Assembly: GCA_033764955.1 (NCBI GenBank)
Contig: JANRIL010000020.1
Location: forward strand, 1-64,000
Reading direction: 5' to 3'
From: Cyanobacteriota bacterium
GTDB lineage: Bacteria > Cyanobacteriota > Cyanobacteriia > Thermostichales > Thermostichaceae
Length of the DNA: 64,000 nt
Shown here one piece after another: positions 28,294-39,313 of this stretch (positions are counted from its first letter, which is position 1; every line of letters starts with the position of its first letter). The position numbers and the translations under genes were made by a program. The notes below the pieces were generated by a model. That model did no database searches. It saw nothing but the letters and a program-made list of their open reading frames with translations, and was not told the DNA's origin.

Positions 28294-30294
28294 TCATGAC
28301 AATTGGCTAGCTTGCAAAATCAGTTGATCCAACGAACTGGTGTTTTCTTCGCCGCGAAAGTTGAAGCTGGCTCTCACCAACCATAGCTTCTGCCTAATCC
28401 GACCCGACAAGCTGAGGAGGGTATGGGCAAGCATCTGTTGACGGGCTAATTCATCGTCAGCCGTATCAAAGGGCTGTTCGTCCCACTCAGGGGTGAGTAC
28501 CCGCGCATTGTAGAGGGGATACCAAAGGGAACGGGACCAAGCCTCGTGGGTGATATCAAACCAAAATTGATAGTCGGCTCGCAGCCCCAAGTTGTTATAA
28601 CCCACTGGAGTGGCTACCACCAGCGATTGAGCATAGTCAGGATCCTCAACACGGCGGCTGGAGGTCTGCCCGGAGCGAATCATAGCAACAAAATCTCTGG
28701 GTTGAGCCTGGGGCAAAGCGCGGCGGAAGCGCTGAGCGGTCTCGATTAGATTTTGGATCAAAAATTGTTCGGAGGGATCCTGAATTACTAAGGCCAAAAG
28801 ATCCCGAAATAACTGAGACAAGCACTGATCAATGGGTACGGGAGGGCGTTGGGCATACTGTTGCAGCCATTCCCACAACTGCTGATAGGTTAAAAGATAA
28901 GCAAACCCAATCCGTTCGGGCATCCGCACCGCATTCATCGGGCGTATTTTCTGTAGGGGGACATCCAACGTATCTTCCGCCAATAATTCCGCTCGAATCG
29001 GATCCAGCCCCAGCATAATCCCCACCATCATCTTAAATTCTGAGAGGCGGGGAAAGGATCCCCATTGGGGATGAGCCAGCTCTAGGGCGGTTAAGAGGGC
29101 GCGAATTAAGGGATAGCTGATCAAAGCCGGAAATTGACCCACGGGCAAGACCACGGATCCCAACCGCCGTTGCATGGGAATGGTGAGGGCGGCATCAATG
29201 TGGGGAGTAATGACAGCCATTTGCTGTGCCTCTACCCCCGCTTGCCGTAATGCCTCCATTTGCGTCAGCATCGCTTCCACGGCATCCAGTTGGGTTTCCC
29301 CATCCAAAACCTCAATGCTCGGCCACGCCTCGGGCATGGTTACGGTAAAAGGATGCTGAAATGGGGGGTAAACCGTTTTGGCGATTTGCAATCCCCAATA
29401 GAGAAACGGATGGGTGGCAGGAGGGGGATCCAGAGTGACCTGCGTTTTTTGCCAGATGAAATCATAAACATGAGTGGGCACAGCGGTAAAGGAAGCTCCT
29501 CCACCCACGGTGTAGGTAAAAAATAGACTTTTTAACTGCGGGATCCCCTGCTCATAAAAATCCAAAGCCACCGCGCAACTGTCTTCGGCGTGATCGACAA
29601 TCAGATGATCCAACTCCTGCCAAAAACTCGGCAGTGGCAAAATATAGCGCTGGAACCAGGTAATTTGCGTACCAAAGTCCAGGGATCCCAGGCTGGATAC
29701 TGCTTGGCGTAGGCGGGTCAAGCAACAACTAACCGAGGCTAGCTGCTGGTGTTTGAGGGGATTATCCGATTCGGGCCAAGCCTGGGCGAGTCGGGATCCC
29801 ACGGCTTCCGGGGGGAGTCCAGAGGATCCGGCAATATAGGCGGCACTGCTGATTTGATCCCAAACTTGATAGTCTTTCAGATGAGAGTTGCCAAAGATTT
29901 CTGCGTGCTGAGGGCAGAGTTGGCAGGTACTCGCCAGCAGATATTGGGTTAAATCTTTGGCTAAAACCAGGGGTTCCAGGCGAATCGGCAAACTGGGGAT
30001 CTGATGGCGGATTTCTGCCCAATAAAGCCTGAGCATCCGATTGACAAATTGCAGAAAGGTTTCAATGTGCAGTGGCCCCATCAAGTCGGGTTGCCACGTT
30101 TGCAGTTGCTGCATCACCTGCATTTTTTGGCGTTGATTTCTCACCAAAAAAAGGATGCGCTCAGGGCGGTCGGTTTGCATCAACAAACGATGGTAGGCGT
30201 GCCCACAACGTTGGGTGAGATCAGAGGCGGCTAAGCCCACCACGGACTGAGCCGTAGACTGGGTTGGGGGAGCGGTGCTGGGGAGAGCAGGCAT
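28294..30294 (-). CDS. Conserved cyanobacterial protein, degenerate UvrD/AddB-like helicase fold
   Basis: 666 aa; helicase-like segments (ILFLV, LIVDHAED, MAVITP) with no clear Walker A. Confidence 0.6.
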   Translation of the reverse strand: MPALPSTAPPTQSTAQSVVGLAASDLTQRCGHAYHRLLMQTDRPERILFLVRNQRQKMQVMQQLQTWQPDLMGPLHIETFLQFVNRMLRLYWAEIRHQIPSLPIRLEPLVLAKDLTQYLLASTCQLCPQHAEIFGNSHLKDYQVWDQISSAAYIAGSSGLPPEAVGSRLAQAWPESDNPLKHQQLASVSCCLTRLRQAVSSLGSLDFGTQITWFQRYILPLPSFWQELDHLIVDHAEDSCAVALDFYEQGIPQLKSLFFTYTVGGGASFTAVPTHVYDFIWQKTQVTLDPPPATHPFLYWGLQIAKTVYPPFQHPFTVTMPEAWPSIEVLDGETQLDAVEAMLTQMEALRQAGVEAQQMAVITPHIDAALTIPMQRRLGSVVLPVGQFPALISYPLIRALLTALELAHPQWGSFPRLSEFKMMVGIMLGLDPIRAELLAEDTLDVPLQKIRPMNAVRMPERIGFAYLLTYQQLWEWLQQYAQRPPVPIDQCLSQLFRDLLALVIQDPSEQFLIQNLIETAQRFRRALPQAQPRDFVAMIRSGQTSSRRVEDPDYAQSLVVATPVGYNNLGLRADYQFWFDITHEAWSRSLWYPLYNARVLTPEWDEQPFDTADDELARQQMLAHTLLSLSGRIRQKLWLVRASFNFRGEENTSSLDQLILQASQLS

Positions 30295-30392
30295 AAACTC
30301 AGAGCTTTGGCAGAAATCTTTAGGTTACGCAATTGGCTCAGACAAGTTGGCTCGCTGCACCAAGAATCCCTCGCCCTTGAGCCGTGGGAGTA

Positions 30393-31328
30393 TTAAACAT
30401 TAGCGGCCTTGAGCATGTGATAGGTAATCAGCAGTTGGGTGAGGGCTAGCGGATAACTTTGCAAGATTTCTCCGGTGGTTCCCACCAATTTGCCAATACT
30501 AGGGTTTCCCTCTAGGCTACAAAATTTGCCCAAATAGGGGACTTCGTTACACAACATGCGCTCTAACATCAACACCTGATCGGCGGTGGCATGTCCATCG
30601 ATGCCCAAAACATCTACAGGTTTGCCCATATCCCGATCCAGTTCCAGGCGGACGGCGGATCCCAGGCGGCCATTTTGATGGTCGATGACCGTGTTGAGGT
30701 CGGGGTGAGGAATAGTTGGGCGCAGCACCAGCCGCACATTCAAAAGCAAGTCGTCCCTTTGGGATCCATCGGTGGAGGGGTAAAAACTCACCACCACATC
30801 TGCCCAACCCCGTTGCGGACGAATATAAGCTTCCGAGTCGGGTTCTCGCTTTTCTAATTCCCCCAGCACCTGGGCTTCCGTATAGCCCCGCTTGCGGGTA
30901 TCCCGCTTGATCTTCCAAATAAAGCGCAGCTCTTCCGGCGGAGCCAGATAAACCTTGACATCATAACAGTCCCGCATTCCACGGGTGAAATAGCCCAGTA
31001 GCCCTTCCACAATCACAAATTTATTGGGTTTGATATATTCGGGGGGATCAAATGTGCCCGTATTGTGGTTATAAATGGGCTTGAGAATGGGTTGCCCAAT
31101 CCGCAACAAACCCAGGTGTTGCTGCATGATATCCAGATAGTTGCAGTCAGGATGTAGGGCGGAGATACCGATTTCTGCCCGTTGTTTGCGGTCATAGCGA
31201 TGATAGTCATCGGTGCAGATGACGGTGACATTTTCCTCCCCCAACACTTGAGCAATTCCCCTTGTTAGGGTCGTTTTGCCAGCGGCACTATCGCCAACAA
31301 TACCGAGGATAATGGGGCGTTGGGACAT
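30393..31328 (-). CDS. prk: Phosphoribulokinase (paralog type)
   Basis: IVGDSAAGKTT, CTDDYHRYDR, IVEGLL, WKIKRD, YIRPQ; start ATG 31328 behind GGAG. Confidence 0.85.
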   Translation of the reverse strand: MSQRPIILGIVGDSAAGKTTLTRGIAQVLGEENVTVICTDDYHRYDRKQRAEIGISALHPDCNYLDIMQQHLGLLRIGQPILKPIYNHNTGTFDPPEYIKPNKFVIVEGLLGYFTRGMRDCYDVKVYLAPPEELRFIWKIKRDTRKRGYTEAQVLGELEKREPDSEAYIRPQRGWADVVVSFYPSTDGSQRDDLLLNVRLVLRPTIPHPDLNTVIDHQNGRLGSAVRLELDRDMGKPVDVLGIDGHATADQVLMLERMLCNEVPYLGKFCSLEGNPSIGKLVGTTGEILQSYPLALTQLLITYHMLKAANV

Positions 31329-31636
31329 AGAGACTCCAAAATGAAGGGGTGAGAGGAAGCAGCAACCAAGGAATGCGGGCAAGGATACGCCAGCAGCAGC
31401 CCAAACCGGAAGAGCTTTAATTATCAAAGAGCTTTTAGCTTTAAGGCAAGACTTGGCTGATGACAACGGGAAAGCCGCAATCTGCTGCAATCTTTAGTCA
31501 TAGTTTACGGGCTACTTCCGGGAATAGTCTGTAAAAATGTTACAGTTTCTCATCTTGTGCAACGTGGTGGCTAGGGGCTGCTGACGGAAGGGATCCCTGT
31601 CGGCTCACCCATTCAGACTCCCGAATTCAGACTGTT

Positions 31637-32329
31637 CTAGGGATCCTTCGATGGGCAGTGAACTTTTTCCAAGATAAATAAACTGCCTTCGCTGCCTCGC
31701 CCAATCCGCAGGTCTTGATCCAAATAGGTGATATCTAACCATCCTTTTTGCGGGCGACTTTGGATATCTATTTTCAGGGCGGCAATCCGATCCGGTTGAT
31801 ACTGTAAAAGGTCAAGGAACGAATCAATTTGATAGTTCATGAAAAACGAATTACCCAAAAAAAATCGCTGAAAGGTGACTTCCACCCGCTGCTCGGAAAC
31901 TACAGCAAAGGTAGCCGCCACGGCAAACACTCCTTGGGGAACCAGGGAGACTAACCCTCCAGATCCTTGAATTTCGGCCACATTAAAAACCTGCTGGGTT
32001 TCCACCCGAATCGCCTGATAAATTTCTCCTGTGGTAACAAACGGTAACCCCTTGGCTAGTCGCAGCAGATCGCGGCTGGTGGTAAACAGGGTCAACCAGT
32101 TGCCGTCTAAAGCATCGGTGGCTGCCGTCGGTATGGGGGTGGGATTGTGGGCTTCTAACCAGGCAACCTGTTGGGTAATGGCCTGCTGTTGGGCATCGCT
32201 CACCCGCCGTCCTCGATCCGTGGTGGACAAGAGTTGAACTAAAGCTTGTTTCTGGTCGGCTAGCTCCTGTTGGCTCATCTTGCTCCTTGCTTGCCTGATC
32301 CTGAGGATGCCTTCATCCTGCCATGCCAA
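31637..32329 (-). CDS. PAP/fibrillin family protein
   Basis: LEAHNPTP, LDGNWLTLFTT, GWLDITYLDQDLRIGRG. Confidence 0.9.
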   Translation of the reverse strand: MAWQDEGILRIRQARSKMSQQELADQKQALVQLLSTTDRGRRVSDAQQQAITQQVAWLEAHNPTPIPTAATDALDGNWLTLFTTSRDLLRLAKGLPFVTTGEIYQAIRVETQQVFNVAEIQGSGGLVSLVPQGVFAVAATFAVVSEQRVEVTFQRFFLGNSFFMNYQIDSFLDLLQYQPDRIAALKIDIQSRPQKGWLDITYLDQDLRIGRGSEGSLFILEKVHCPSKDP

Positions 32330-32427
32330 GGCCAGGTCGCTAAACTCTGGACATTTTCTTGGGTAGTCTGGAAATGCCCTCCCTCTTTGGGGTCAATCTT
32401 GTGCTGCCCTCCCATCCATTTTTGCCA

Positions 32428-33282
32428 ATGCGCGTTCGTACCCTGATAGTTGGGTTCCTAGGGATCCATCTGTTGGCAACACTGCTGGCTCAATTGGGAG
32501 CGACAGGGTTGGGGATCCCGCCTCAGGATCCGCTGTTGGTTCACGTCGCCTATTGTCTGACCTTTGGGGGAGTATCGGGCTGGCTGCTGCTGAAAGGCCA
32601 ACAGATGGGAATTTCGACCGCTGCCATTTGGGGGGGCTGGCCCCGCCACTATGCCTGGTTGCCCCTCTTTGGCCTCCTAGTGGCACAGTTACTATTTTCC
32701 GCCGGATCTACCCTGTTGTGGTTCTACGGATTGTTTCATCTGGCTCCCGATTATCTGACGGATTTGTTAGAGTCGCCTGCCTTTGTGGAACCACCCGCCT
32801 CGCAAATGCCCGTTTTGTTTTTGGCATTCCAGATGGTTGCCATTGTGATTGTGGCTCCGATTGCTGAGGAATTTGTCTTTCGCGGCTGGATCTTTCAGCG
32901 TTGGGCGGATCAAGCGGGCATTCCCGTTGGCCTATTGGGATCCTCAGTGTTATTTGGTCTGTTGCACCTCAACCCGATTGGTCTGACGGTCTTTGGCCTG
33001 ATCATGACCCTGCTTTATCTGCAAACCCGCAGCCTGATTGTGCCGATTGTGGCTCACATGTTTAACAATGCCCTAGCTTGGACTCTCCAACATCTCTCCA
33101 GTCTCTCCCCTGCAGGATCCGCGCAATCCCCCCTGACCATGAGCGCCGTCGATTGGCAGGTTGGCCTAGCTTATCTGGCTCTGGCTACCCCCATCCTAGT
33201 TTTTTTTATGGTGAAGCAATGGCCGAGTGGCAGCAGTCGGTTGCCCTACTTGCAGAACCTGGATCCTACCCTTAAACAATGA
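32428..33282 (+). CDS. CPBP (Abi/CAAX) intramembrane metalloprotease
   Basis: APIAEEFVFRG, FGLLH, AHMFNN. Confidence 0.9.
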   Translation: MRVRTLIVGFLGIHLLATLLAQLGATGLGIPPQDPLLVHVAYCLTFGGVSGWLLLKGQQMGISTAAIWGGWPRHYAWLPLFGLLVAQLLFSAGSTLLWFYGLFHLAPDYLTDLLESPAFVEPPASQMPVLFLAFQMVAIVIVAPIAEEFVFRGWIFQRWADQAGIPVGLLGSSVLFGLLHLNPIGLTVFGLIMTLLYLQTRSLIVPIVAHMFNNALAWTLQHLSSLSPAGSAQSPLTMSAVDWQVGLAYLALATPILVFFMVKQWPSGSSRLPYLQNLDPTLKQ

Positions 33283-33733
33283 AGCCGCTGGCTTGGCTTT
33301 GTTCCGCTTGCCAACTGCGGGCATCGTAGTAAAGATCCTCCAGGGTAATTTCCTGCAAAACCTGCTGCACTTTTTGGCTAATCCGCTGCCAGACGGAGGT
33401 GGTTACCCAGGCTTCCGCTAGTGCAGTGGTAGGGGGATCCCCTGTGGTTGAGTCGGGGGGATCCAGCACCTCTAGGGTTTCTCCCACCGCCGCCAAAATA
33501 TCAGCCAAGCAGATGCGCTGGGGGGAACGAGCTAGTTGATAGCCACCCTGTGCCCCCCGATAAGCATGGACAAGACCTGCCTGCCGTAACTCAATCAACA
33601 GTTTTTCCAGGTAGGGCGCGGGAATGTTTTGTCGTTCTGCAATGCGCCGCACTGAAACCGGATGCTGGGATCCCGTCAGAGCCAGATCCAAAAGGGCTTT
33701 GATGCTGTAGTGGGCTTTGGTGGTCAGTTTCAC
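33272..33733 (-). CDS. Rrf2 family transcriptional regulator
   Basis: YLEKLLIELRQAGLV, RGAQGGYQL; lacks the IscR three-Cys cluster. Confidence 0.9.
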   Translation of the reverse strand: MKLTTKAHYSIKALLDLALTGSQHPVSVRRIAERQNIPAPYLEKLLIELRQAGLVHAYRGAQGGYQLARSPQRICLADILAAVGETLEVLDPPDSTTGDPPTTALAEAWVTTSVWQRISQKVQQVLQEITLEDLYYDARSWQAEQSQASGFIV

Positions 33734-33940
33734 AGGCTTAGCCAGGAAAGAATGGGGGGAAATTTTTAACGGCTAGCATGACGGGCGGCAGACAACATCG
33801 AAACCCAGCTAAAATATTCAATCCGTCCGGTGCAAGCGTTTATTAGGCATTCACTATAGGTGATTACGTAAGTTATTTCTATTCTCCAACTAGTTAATTA
33901 GGATGGGTTATGATATCAAGCTATTTTAATACCGAACAGC

Positions 33941-35229
33941 CTAAACAGATGAAGCAATCAACTCCCTCTCAGAAACTTCTTTCTCTAGAGAAACAGAGAT
34001 TTCTTCAATATCGTTGAGTAGCCTTACTAAGGCTCTACCCATAGCAAATGCAAGGTTAACAGGAACAGCATTACCAATTTGCTTATATTGAGATGAAAGT
34101 GATCCGGAAAACAACCAACTGTCTGGAAATGTTTGTATTCTTGCATACTCCCTAACAGTTAACGGTCTTGTTTCTCCGGGATGACATCTTTCTGTTTGTT
34201 TCTGAGCAGGGGCGCAAGTCAAGGTTAAGCTTGGTTCATCCCAGGCTAAACGTCGAGCCATACCTGTTTTGCCTCCACTTAGAAAATAACTCTTTTTCAT
34301 ATATTCACGTTGCAACTCTTCAGGTAAATCACGCCAGTATCTCCAGCGGGCACGTAAGCCATTATCTCTGCTTTGCGCTTGGGATACCTTTGACCTTCCG
34401 AGTCAGGTACATCGTGTGGATAAAGCTCACCCGCTTTCAATGCATCTCTCACAGTCATGATACGTTTATAAGGAGAAGGCCATTGAAACACCATATCTTT
34501 TGCCAAGTCTTTACGTATACAAACTAAAAAAAGGCGCTCTCTCTTCTGTGGCACCTGATAGAAAACAGCTTTAAGAACTTTAGGAGGAACTAATTCATAT
34601 CCAAGTTCATAAATGACATTAACAATAGTTTCCAAAGTTTTCCCGTTATCATACTTCAAAAGACCTCTGACATTTTCTGCGACAAAGACTTTAGGCTCAA
34701 TTTCTTTTACAGCTCTTGCAAACTCAAAAAACAAAGTGCCTCGGATATCCTCAAAACCAAGCTTTTTACCAGCATAAGAAAATACTTGGCAGGGAAACCC
34801 ACCAGAAATCAGATCGATTTTCCCTCGATATTCAGAAAAACTTACGCTTGCAATGTCTCCCTCAATAATATTCCAATGAGGGCGATTTCTGCGTAAAGTA
34901 GCACATGAATCATGGTCTATTTCGTTGAGTAAAATCGATGTAAAACCAGCCTTCTCCATGCCAAGCGCAAGCCCACCACAACCGGCAAATAGCTCAATCA
35001 ATCTAAAGTCTCTGATAGGTTTTGAGAGAAGCTCTTTATCCCAAGAACTGTTAAACAAAAGTTGGGCTTCTTCAAAATCTTCCAACTGAGAACGATGATA
35101 TAGACGATAGTTATTGTCGGGGTGACGCAATGGCACAAGCGTTCCTTTACTGTCCCATTTTCTTAAGGTTTCCTTGGAAACACCCAAAATATCAGCAACT
35201 TGTGCAACAGAATAGTATTCGGGGATCAT
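33941..35229 (-). pseudogene. C5 DNA cytosine methyltransferase with N-terminal MerR-type HTH, frameshifted
   Basis: ELFAGCGG, GFPCQ, ENV, QKRER, YKQIGNAV motifs split over two frames; GGA GA TAC TGG near 34341 lacks one base relative to G-G-Y-W. Confidence 0.88.
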
Positions 35230-35393
35230 TACTACCTATACTAAACGTTGTTTGTTCAAGCCAATCTAATCGTTGACTGAAAGTGAACCGCTATAGACTC
35301 AACATCATCTTTAGTTAAGCGTGTTCGGCTCTGCTTTAAGTTGATCACGATAGGATGATTGCATCACGAATCTGACAGCCATTTGGATCCCTT

Positions 35394-36338
35394 TTAGTGG
35401 CCTCGCTCATAAGAATAGATATCCCCCACTTGCTTAAATAAACGGGTGGAAAGCTCCGTCAGCGCTTGCTGATCCTGGGGATCCAAAGTCCAGGTAAAGC
35501 TTTGCAGATTGCTCTGGATTTGTTGCCGATCGAGAGTAAATCCTGTAACCAAAGCCTGCACTCCTGCCTGCTGTTTTACCCAATTAAGAGCGATCTGTCC
35601 AATTGTTTTTTGATATTTTTCGGCCAATGGTGCCAGGGCTTCTAGTAACTGCAAAACTCCTCCCCAACCCCCATGCGCTTGAATCATAGCGTTGTAATAA
35701 AATCCACGGGCATGGGCGGATTCGGGATGAGGGGAGCGCACCCCCCGAAACTTGCCGGATAAAAATCCCCCTGCTAGGGAGCCATAGGCAAGCAGGCCAA
35801 TACGATGGTGCAAACAAAGGGCTTGCATCGATTGTTCTACCCGCCGATCAATCAAACTATATTGCACCTGATGGCTGACAATGGGGGCATGTTGCAGGGC
35901 TTTTTCTAGCATGGGAGTGTTGAAATTTGTAACCCCCAGGGTCTTAATCTTGCCCTGCTCTACGAGAGCATTGAGGGTGGCAAAGGTTGAGGAAAAATCA
36001 AGTTGGGCATCCTGCCAATGCACTTGTACCCGATCCAGACAATCCCGTCCCAAATGACGCAGCGAATTTTCAATCTTGTGGCGAATATGACTGGCGGTAG
36101 GGATCCCGCTAAAAAACACCGCCTTTGTCAAAATAGTGCACTCTCTTCCTTTCAAAAGTCGTCCTAATAGTTGCTCACTCCGCCCATAAATATCCGCCGT
36201 ATCAAAACTGTTCACCCCCAAAGCCAGATAGGTGTCGAGGGTGCGACCAATGTCCGATTCGGAAAGCGGCTTCCAACTGCGGTCGTCCAGTTGCCAACAC
36301 CCGACGATCAAAGGGATGAATGGACTGGGTTCACTCAT
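35394..36338 (-). CDS. Aldo/keto reductase
   Basis: GCWQ, FDTADIYG, QVHW, GVTNF, QVQYSLIDR. Confidence 0.9.
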   Translation of the reverse strand: MSEPSPFIPLIVGCWQLDDRSWKPLSESDIGRTLDTYLALGVNSFDTADIYGRSEQLLGRLLKGRECTILTKAVFFSGIPTASHIRHKIENSLRHLGRDCLDRVQVHWQDAQLDFSSTFATLNALVEQGKIKTLGVTNFNTPMLEKALQHAPIVSHQVQYSLIDRRVEQSMQALCLHHRIGLLAYGSLAGGFLSGKFRGVRSPHPESAHARGFYYNAMIQAHGGWGGVLQLLEALAPLAEKYQKTIGQIALNWVKQQAGVQALVTGFTLDRQQIQSNLQSFTWTLDPQDQQALTELSTRLFKQVGDIYSYERGH

Positions 36339-36604
36339 AAATCAACACAAGCAGGTCATCCATAGGGATCCTGGGCTAGCCATTTGGATAAGCGGCTACT
36401 ATCTTAAATACCACATCTCTCTATTTAGATATCTATGTTAAATAGCTAGCTTCCCGGTACACTTAGTCCCCAATAGCTGGTGGGGGGGATGGCCAGCCCT
36501 AGACTCGCCCTGAATGATTGAGATCACTTATCCCCCGCCCCCCCAATCTTCGGTGTGATGGGATCCGTACTATCGGCAGGACATTGTGAAACGTCAGGAG
36601 GTTC

Positions 36605-37270
36605 ATGATGCAGAGATGGCTTTGGCAAATAGGAACCAGTAGTTTGATGGTGCTAACCCTCGGATCGCTTGCCCACGCCCAGGCGATCACCAGCGCTAAG
36701 GTGGTGGATATTCCGCGAGCGCCTGTTTATTGGCGTCAGCCCCCCGCGGCAGAAATCGTGGCAGAAGTAGGAACCCTGGTTACAGAAGGGGGCTATCTGC
36801 GTACCGAAAAACCGGGTAAAGCCCAACTGGAGTTGAGCAATGGCACAGCCTTTCGCCTAGGGGGGGATGCTATTTTGCAGGTTTCCCCCGATTTGCAACT
36901 GAATCAAGGGCAGATCATTGCCTGGACAAAGCCGCATGGATCGGGATCCCCCCCCAGCCAGTCGATCACAACTCCTGTCGCCACTGCCGCCATCAAAGGC
37001 TCGACGGTGTTTATCGAAATGAGTGAGGCGGAGGGGCGCTTCTTTAGTTGGATCGGGGATGTGGAGATTTCTCTACCCGACGGCAAGGGATCCCTCATTC
37101 TCAAAAGCGGGGAAGAGGTGGTGATCCCCTCCAATGCCCAGCAACTGCCCACCCCCCAAAAAATGTCAGCACAGGCTATCCAAGAGCGGCTGACGGAAAG
37201 TGAGATGATCAACGGCTTCAACCGTGAGATGGACTCGTTGCCACAGATCAAGGAAGAACTGCTGCCGTAG
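36605..37270 (+). CDS. FecR-domain periplasmic protein
   Basis: Signal peptide (AHA); LRT...AQLELSNG, TPVATAAIKGS; precedes a CHASE2 cyclase. Confidence 0.8.
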   Translation: MMQRWLWQIGTSSLMVLTLGSLAHAQAITSAKVVDIPRAPVYWRQPPAAEIVAEVGTLVTEGGYLRTEKPGKAQLELSNGTAFRLGGDAILQVSPDLQLNQGQIIAWTKPHGSGSPPSQSITTPVATAAIKGSTVFIEMSEAEGRFFSWIGDVEISLPDGKGSLILKSGEEVVIPSNAQQLPTPQKMSAQAIQERLTESEMINGFNREMDSLPQIKEELLP

Positions 37271-37314
37271 CTTAGCCTTGCTCCGTTACGTCCATCCAGT
37301 CAGAAGCAGGGATA

Positions 37315-39282
37315 GTGGTTATGACTTGGCGAATACCGTGGATCATTGGCACTGGCCTGGGCATGGGGGCACTGATGGCTACCCTCAGCCTGCATCCACT
37401 ACTGGGCTATCCGCTCACGCTGATTGAGGAGGTCTTGACCAGTCAGTTCTTTCTCTGGCGGGGCAGCCGGGATCCCCATCCGGATGTGGTGATCTTGGCT
37501 CTGGATGAAGACAGTTTGCGCCTGCGGGATCTGTTTGAACCGGAAGAGTTGCAGGATCAGCCGGAATTACAGGCGATGGCGCGGGGGGTGCCCTGGCCTC
37601 GTCAAGTCTTTGCTAGTGCGGTCCAGAAACTCACCGACGCGGGAGCAAGCAGGATTGGTTTTGATATTTTGTTTGACGAACCCAGCTTTTTTGGGGAGGC
37701 CGATGATCAGGTCTTTGGAGACGCAGTGGCTGCCTTTCCGGGGAAGACGGTTTTTGCCGTAACCGATACTTTCATTTCCAGCACTCTCAGCTCTGGTCTC
37801 TATAACATCCGTGTTGAACCCACCCTGATCGAAGCCCTGCAGCGGGAGCGGGTTGAGCTGGGGTTGGTACATTTTTATCCGGCTAGCCATCAACAACTGT
37901 TGCGGATCCCTGGCCGTCACACTCTGGCTAACCGTACCACCACCGATATTCCCCCCTTTTCCCTAGTGACCACCGGGGATCCCGTGCCGGAACAGGATAT
38001 CGGCATCAACTATGCCGGAACCACCGGCAGCTACCCCACCTATTCCTTTTGGATGCTGTTCGATCCATTTTTTTGGCAGACCAATCTAGAAAATGGGGCG
38101 GTGTTTCGGGGCAAAACGGTGTTGATCGGCAGTACCGCTCTTTTGGCACAGGATCTCTGGCCGACCCCCTTTACCCCACAAATGCCGGGGGTAGAGATTC
38201 ATGCCCATGCCATTGGCACGTTGTTGGGGAGGCAAGGGCTGCGCTCCCTCCCGACCGCTTATCAGCTTGTTTTGGTGGGCATGACAGGTCTGCTGACGGG
38301 TCTGAGCCTGTTTGGGGTCAAACGCCTAGGGATGAAACTGTTACTGGCAACGACAGGGTTGACCCTGGGGATCGGGCTGGGCTACTGGAGTTTTTTGGCC
38401 TTGTGGATCTTACCGATGGGCGGGATCCTAACCAGCATAGGGCTGACGGGGCTGGTGGATATCACCGCTACGGGACTGCGAGAACAGCGGCAACGACAAC
38501 AACTGCGGCGGATTTTGGATCGACGGGTGGCGGCTTCGGTTTTGCAGGAAATTTTGGCTCAACCCCAAGCCTTTGCTGACTCGTTGGGGGGGAGGCGGTG
38601 TCAGGTGGCCGTTTTATTTTCGGATATTCGCTCCTTCACAACCCTCTCTAGCCAAATTTCCCCAGAGACATTGGTGACATTGCTTAACCGCTATTTTGCC
38701 TGCATGGTGGAGCCAATTTTGCAGCAGAAGGGGGTGGTGGACAAATTTATTGGGGATGCGGTAATGGCGGAGTTTGGTTGTCCGATCTTCCGGGATGCTG
38801 CCACGGAAGCCTTGGCCTCGGTGCGGGCGGCCTTACAGATGCGACGATCCCTGTTAGGTCTGCGGGAGCAACTGCGCCAAGAACAACAACCGTTGATTTT
38901 TCATGGGATTGGCATCAATTTTGGGGAGGTGATTGCCGGGAATCTGGGATCCCCAGAAAAAATTGAGTATACGGTGATTGGGGATGCGGTAAATGTGGCC
39001 TCGCGGATTGAGGGTATGACCAAAGATCTGGGGCACGATATTTTGATCTCGCAAGCGGTTTATCAACTGGTGCAGGATCAGATCGAGGCGGTCAACTTAG
39101 GATCTATTTATTTGAAAGGAAAGCCGGATCCGGTGGTGCTGTATGGAGTAATTGACGAAAAAGGGGGATCCGGGCAGACCCATCGGCAAGTGCAACAGGA
39201 CTACCAAGCCTGGTCGCAGAAAATGATTGGGGATCCCGTTCCTCCCTTTCCAGCCGAACCGGTCAAAGGGATCCCTCAATAA
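37315..39282 (+). CDS. CHASE2-domain class III adenylate cyclase
   Basis: PWPR, IGFDILF, MPGVEIHA; FSDIRSFT, DKFIGDAVMA, EYTVIGDAVNVASRIE. Confidence 0.92.
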   Translation: MVMTWRIPWIIGTGLGMGALMATLSLHPLLGYPLTLIEEVLTSQFFLWRGSRDPHPDVVILALDEDSLRLRDLFEPEELQDQPELQAMARGVPWPRQVFASAVQKLTDAGASRIGFDILFDEPSFFGEADDQVFGDAVAAFPGKTVFAVTDTFISSTLSSGLYNIRVEPTLIEALQRERVELGLVHFYPASHQQLLRIPGRHTLANRTTTDIPPFSLVTTGDPVPEQDIGINYAGTTGSYPTYSFWMLFDPFFWQTNLENGAVFRGKTVLIGSTALLAQDLWPTPFTPQMPGVEIHAHAIGTLLGRQGLRSLPTAYQLVLVGMTGLLTGLSLFGVKRLGMKLLLATTGLTLGIGLGYWSFLALWILPMGGILTSIGLTGLVDITATGLREQRQRQQLRRILDRRVAASVLQEILAQPQAFADSLGGRRCQVAVLFSDIRSFTTLSSQISPETLVTLLNRYFACMVEPILQQKGVVDKFIGDAVMAEFGCPIFRDAATEALASVRAALQMRRSLLGLREQLRQEQQPLIFHGIGINFGEVIAGNLGSPEKIEYTVIGDAVNVASRIEGMTKDLGHDILISQAVYQLVQDQIEAVNLGSIYLKGKPDPVVLYGVIDEKGGSGQTHRQVQQDYQAWSQKMIGDPVPPFPAEPVKGIPQ

Positions 39283-39313
39283 GCATAAGCTTCCTTCAAG
39301 ATAGGCTTAGGGT

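Noticed and set aside
31529..31545. GTA...TAC upstream of prk as an NtcA box
   Set aside because: Spacing is N7, not the N8 of the NtcA consensus
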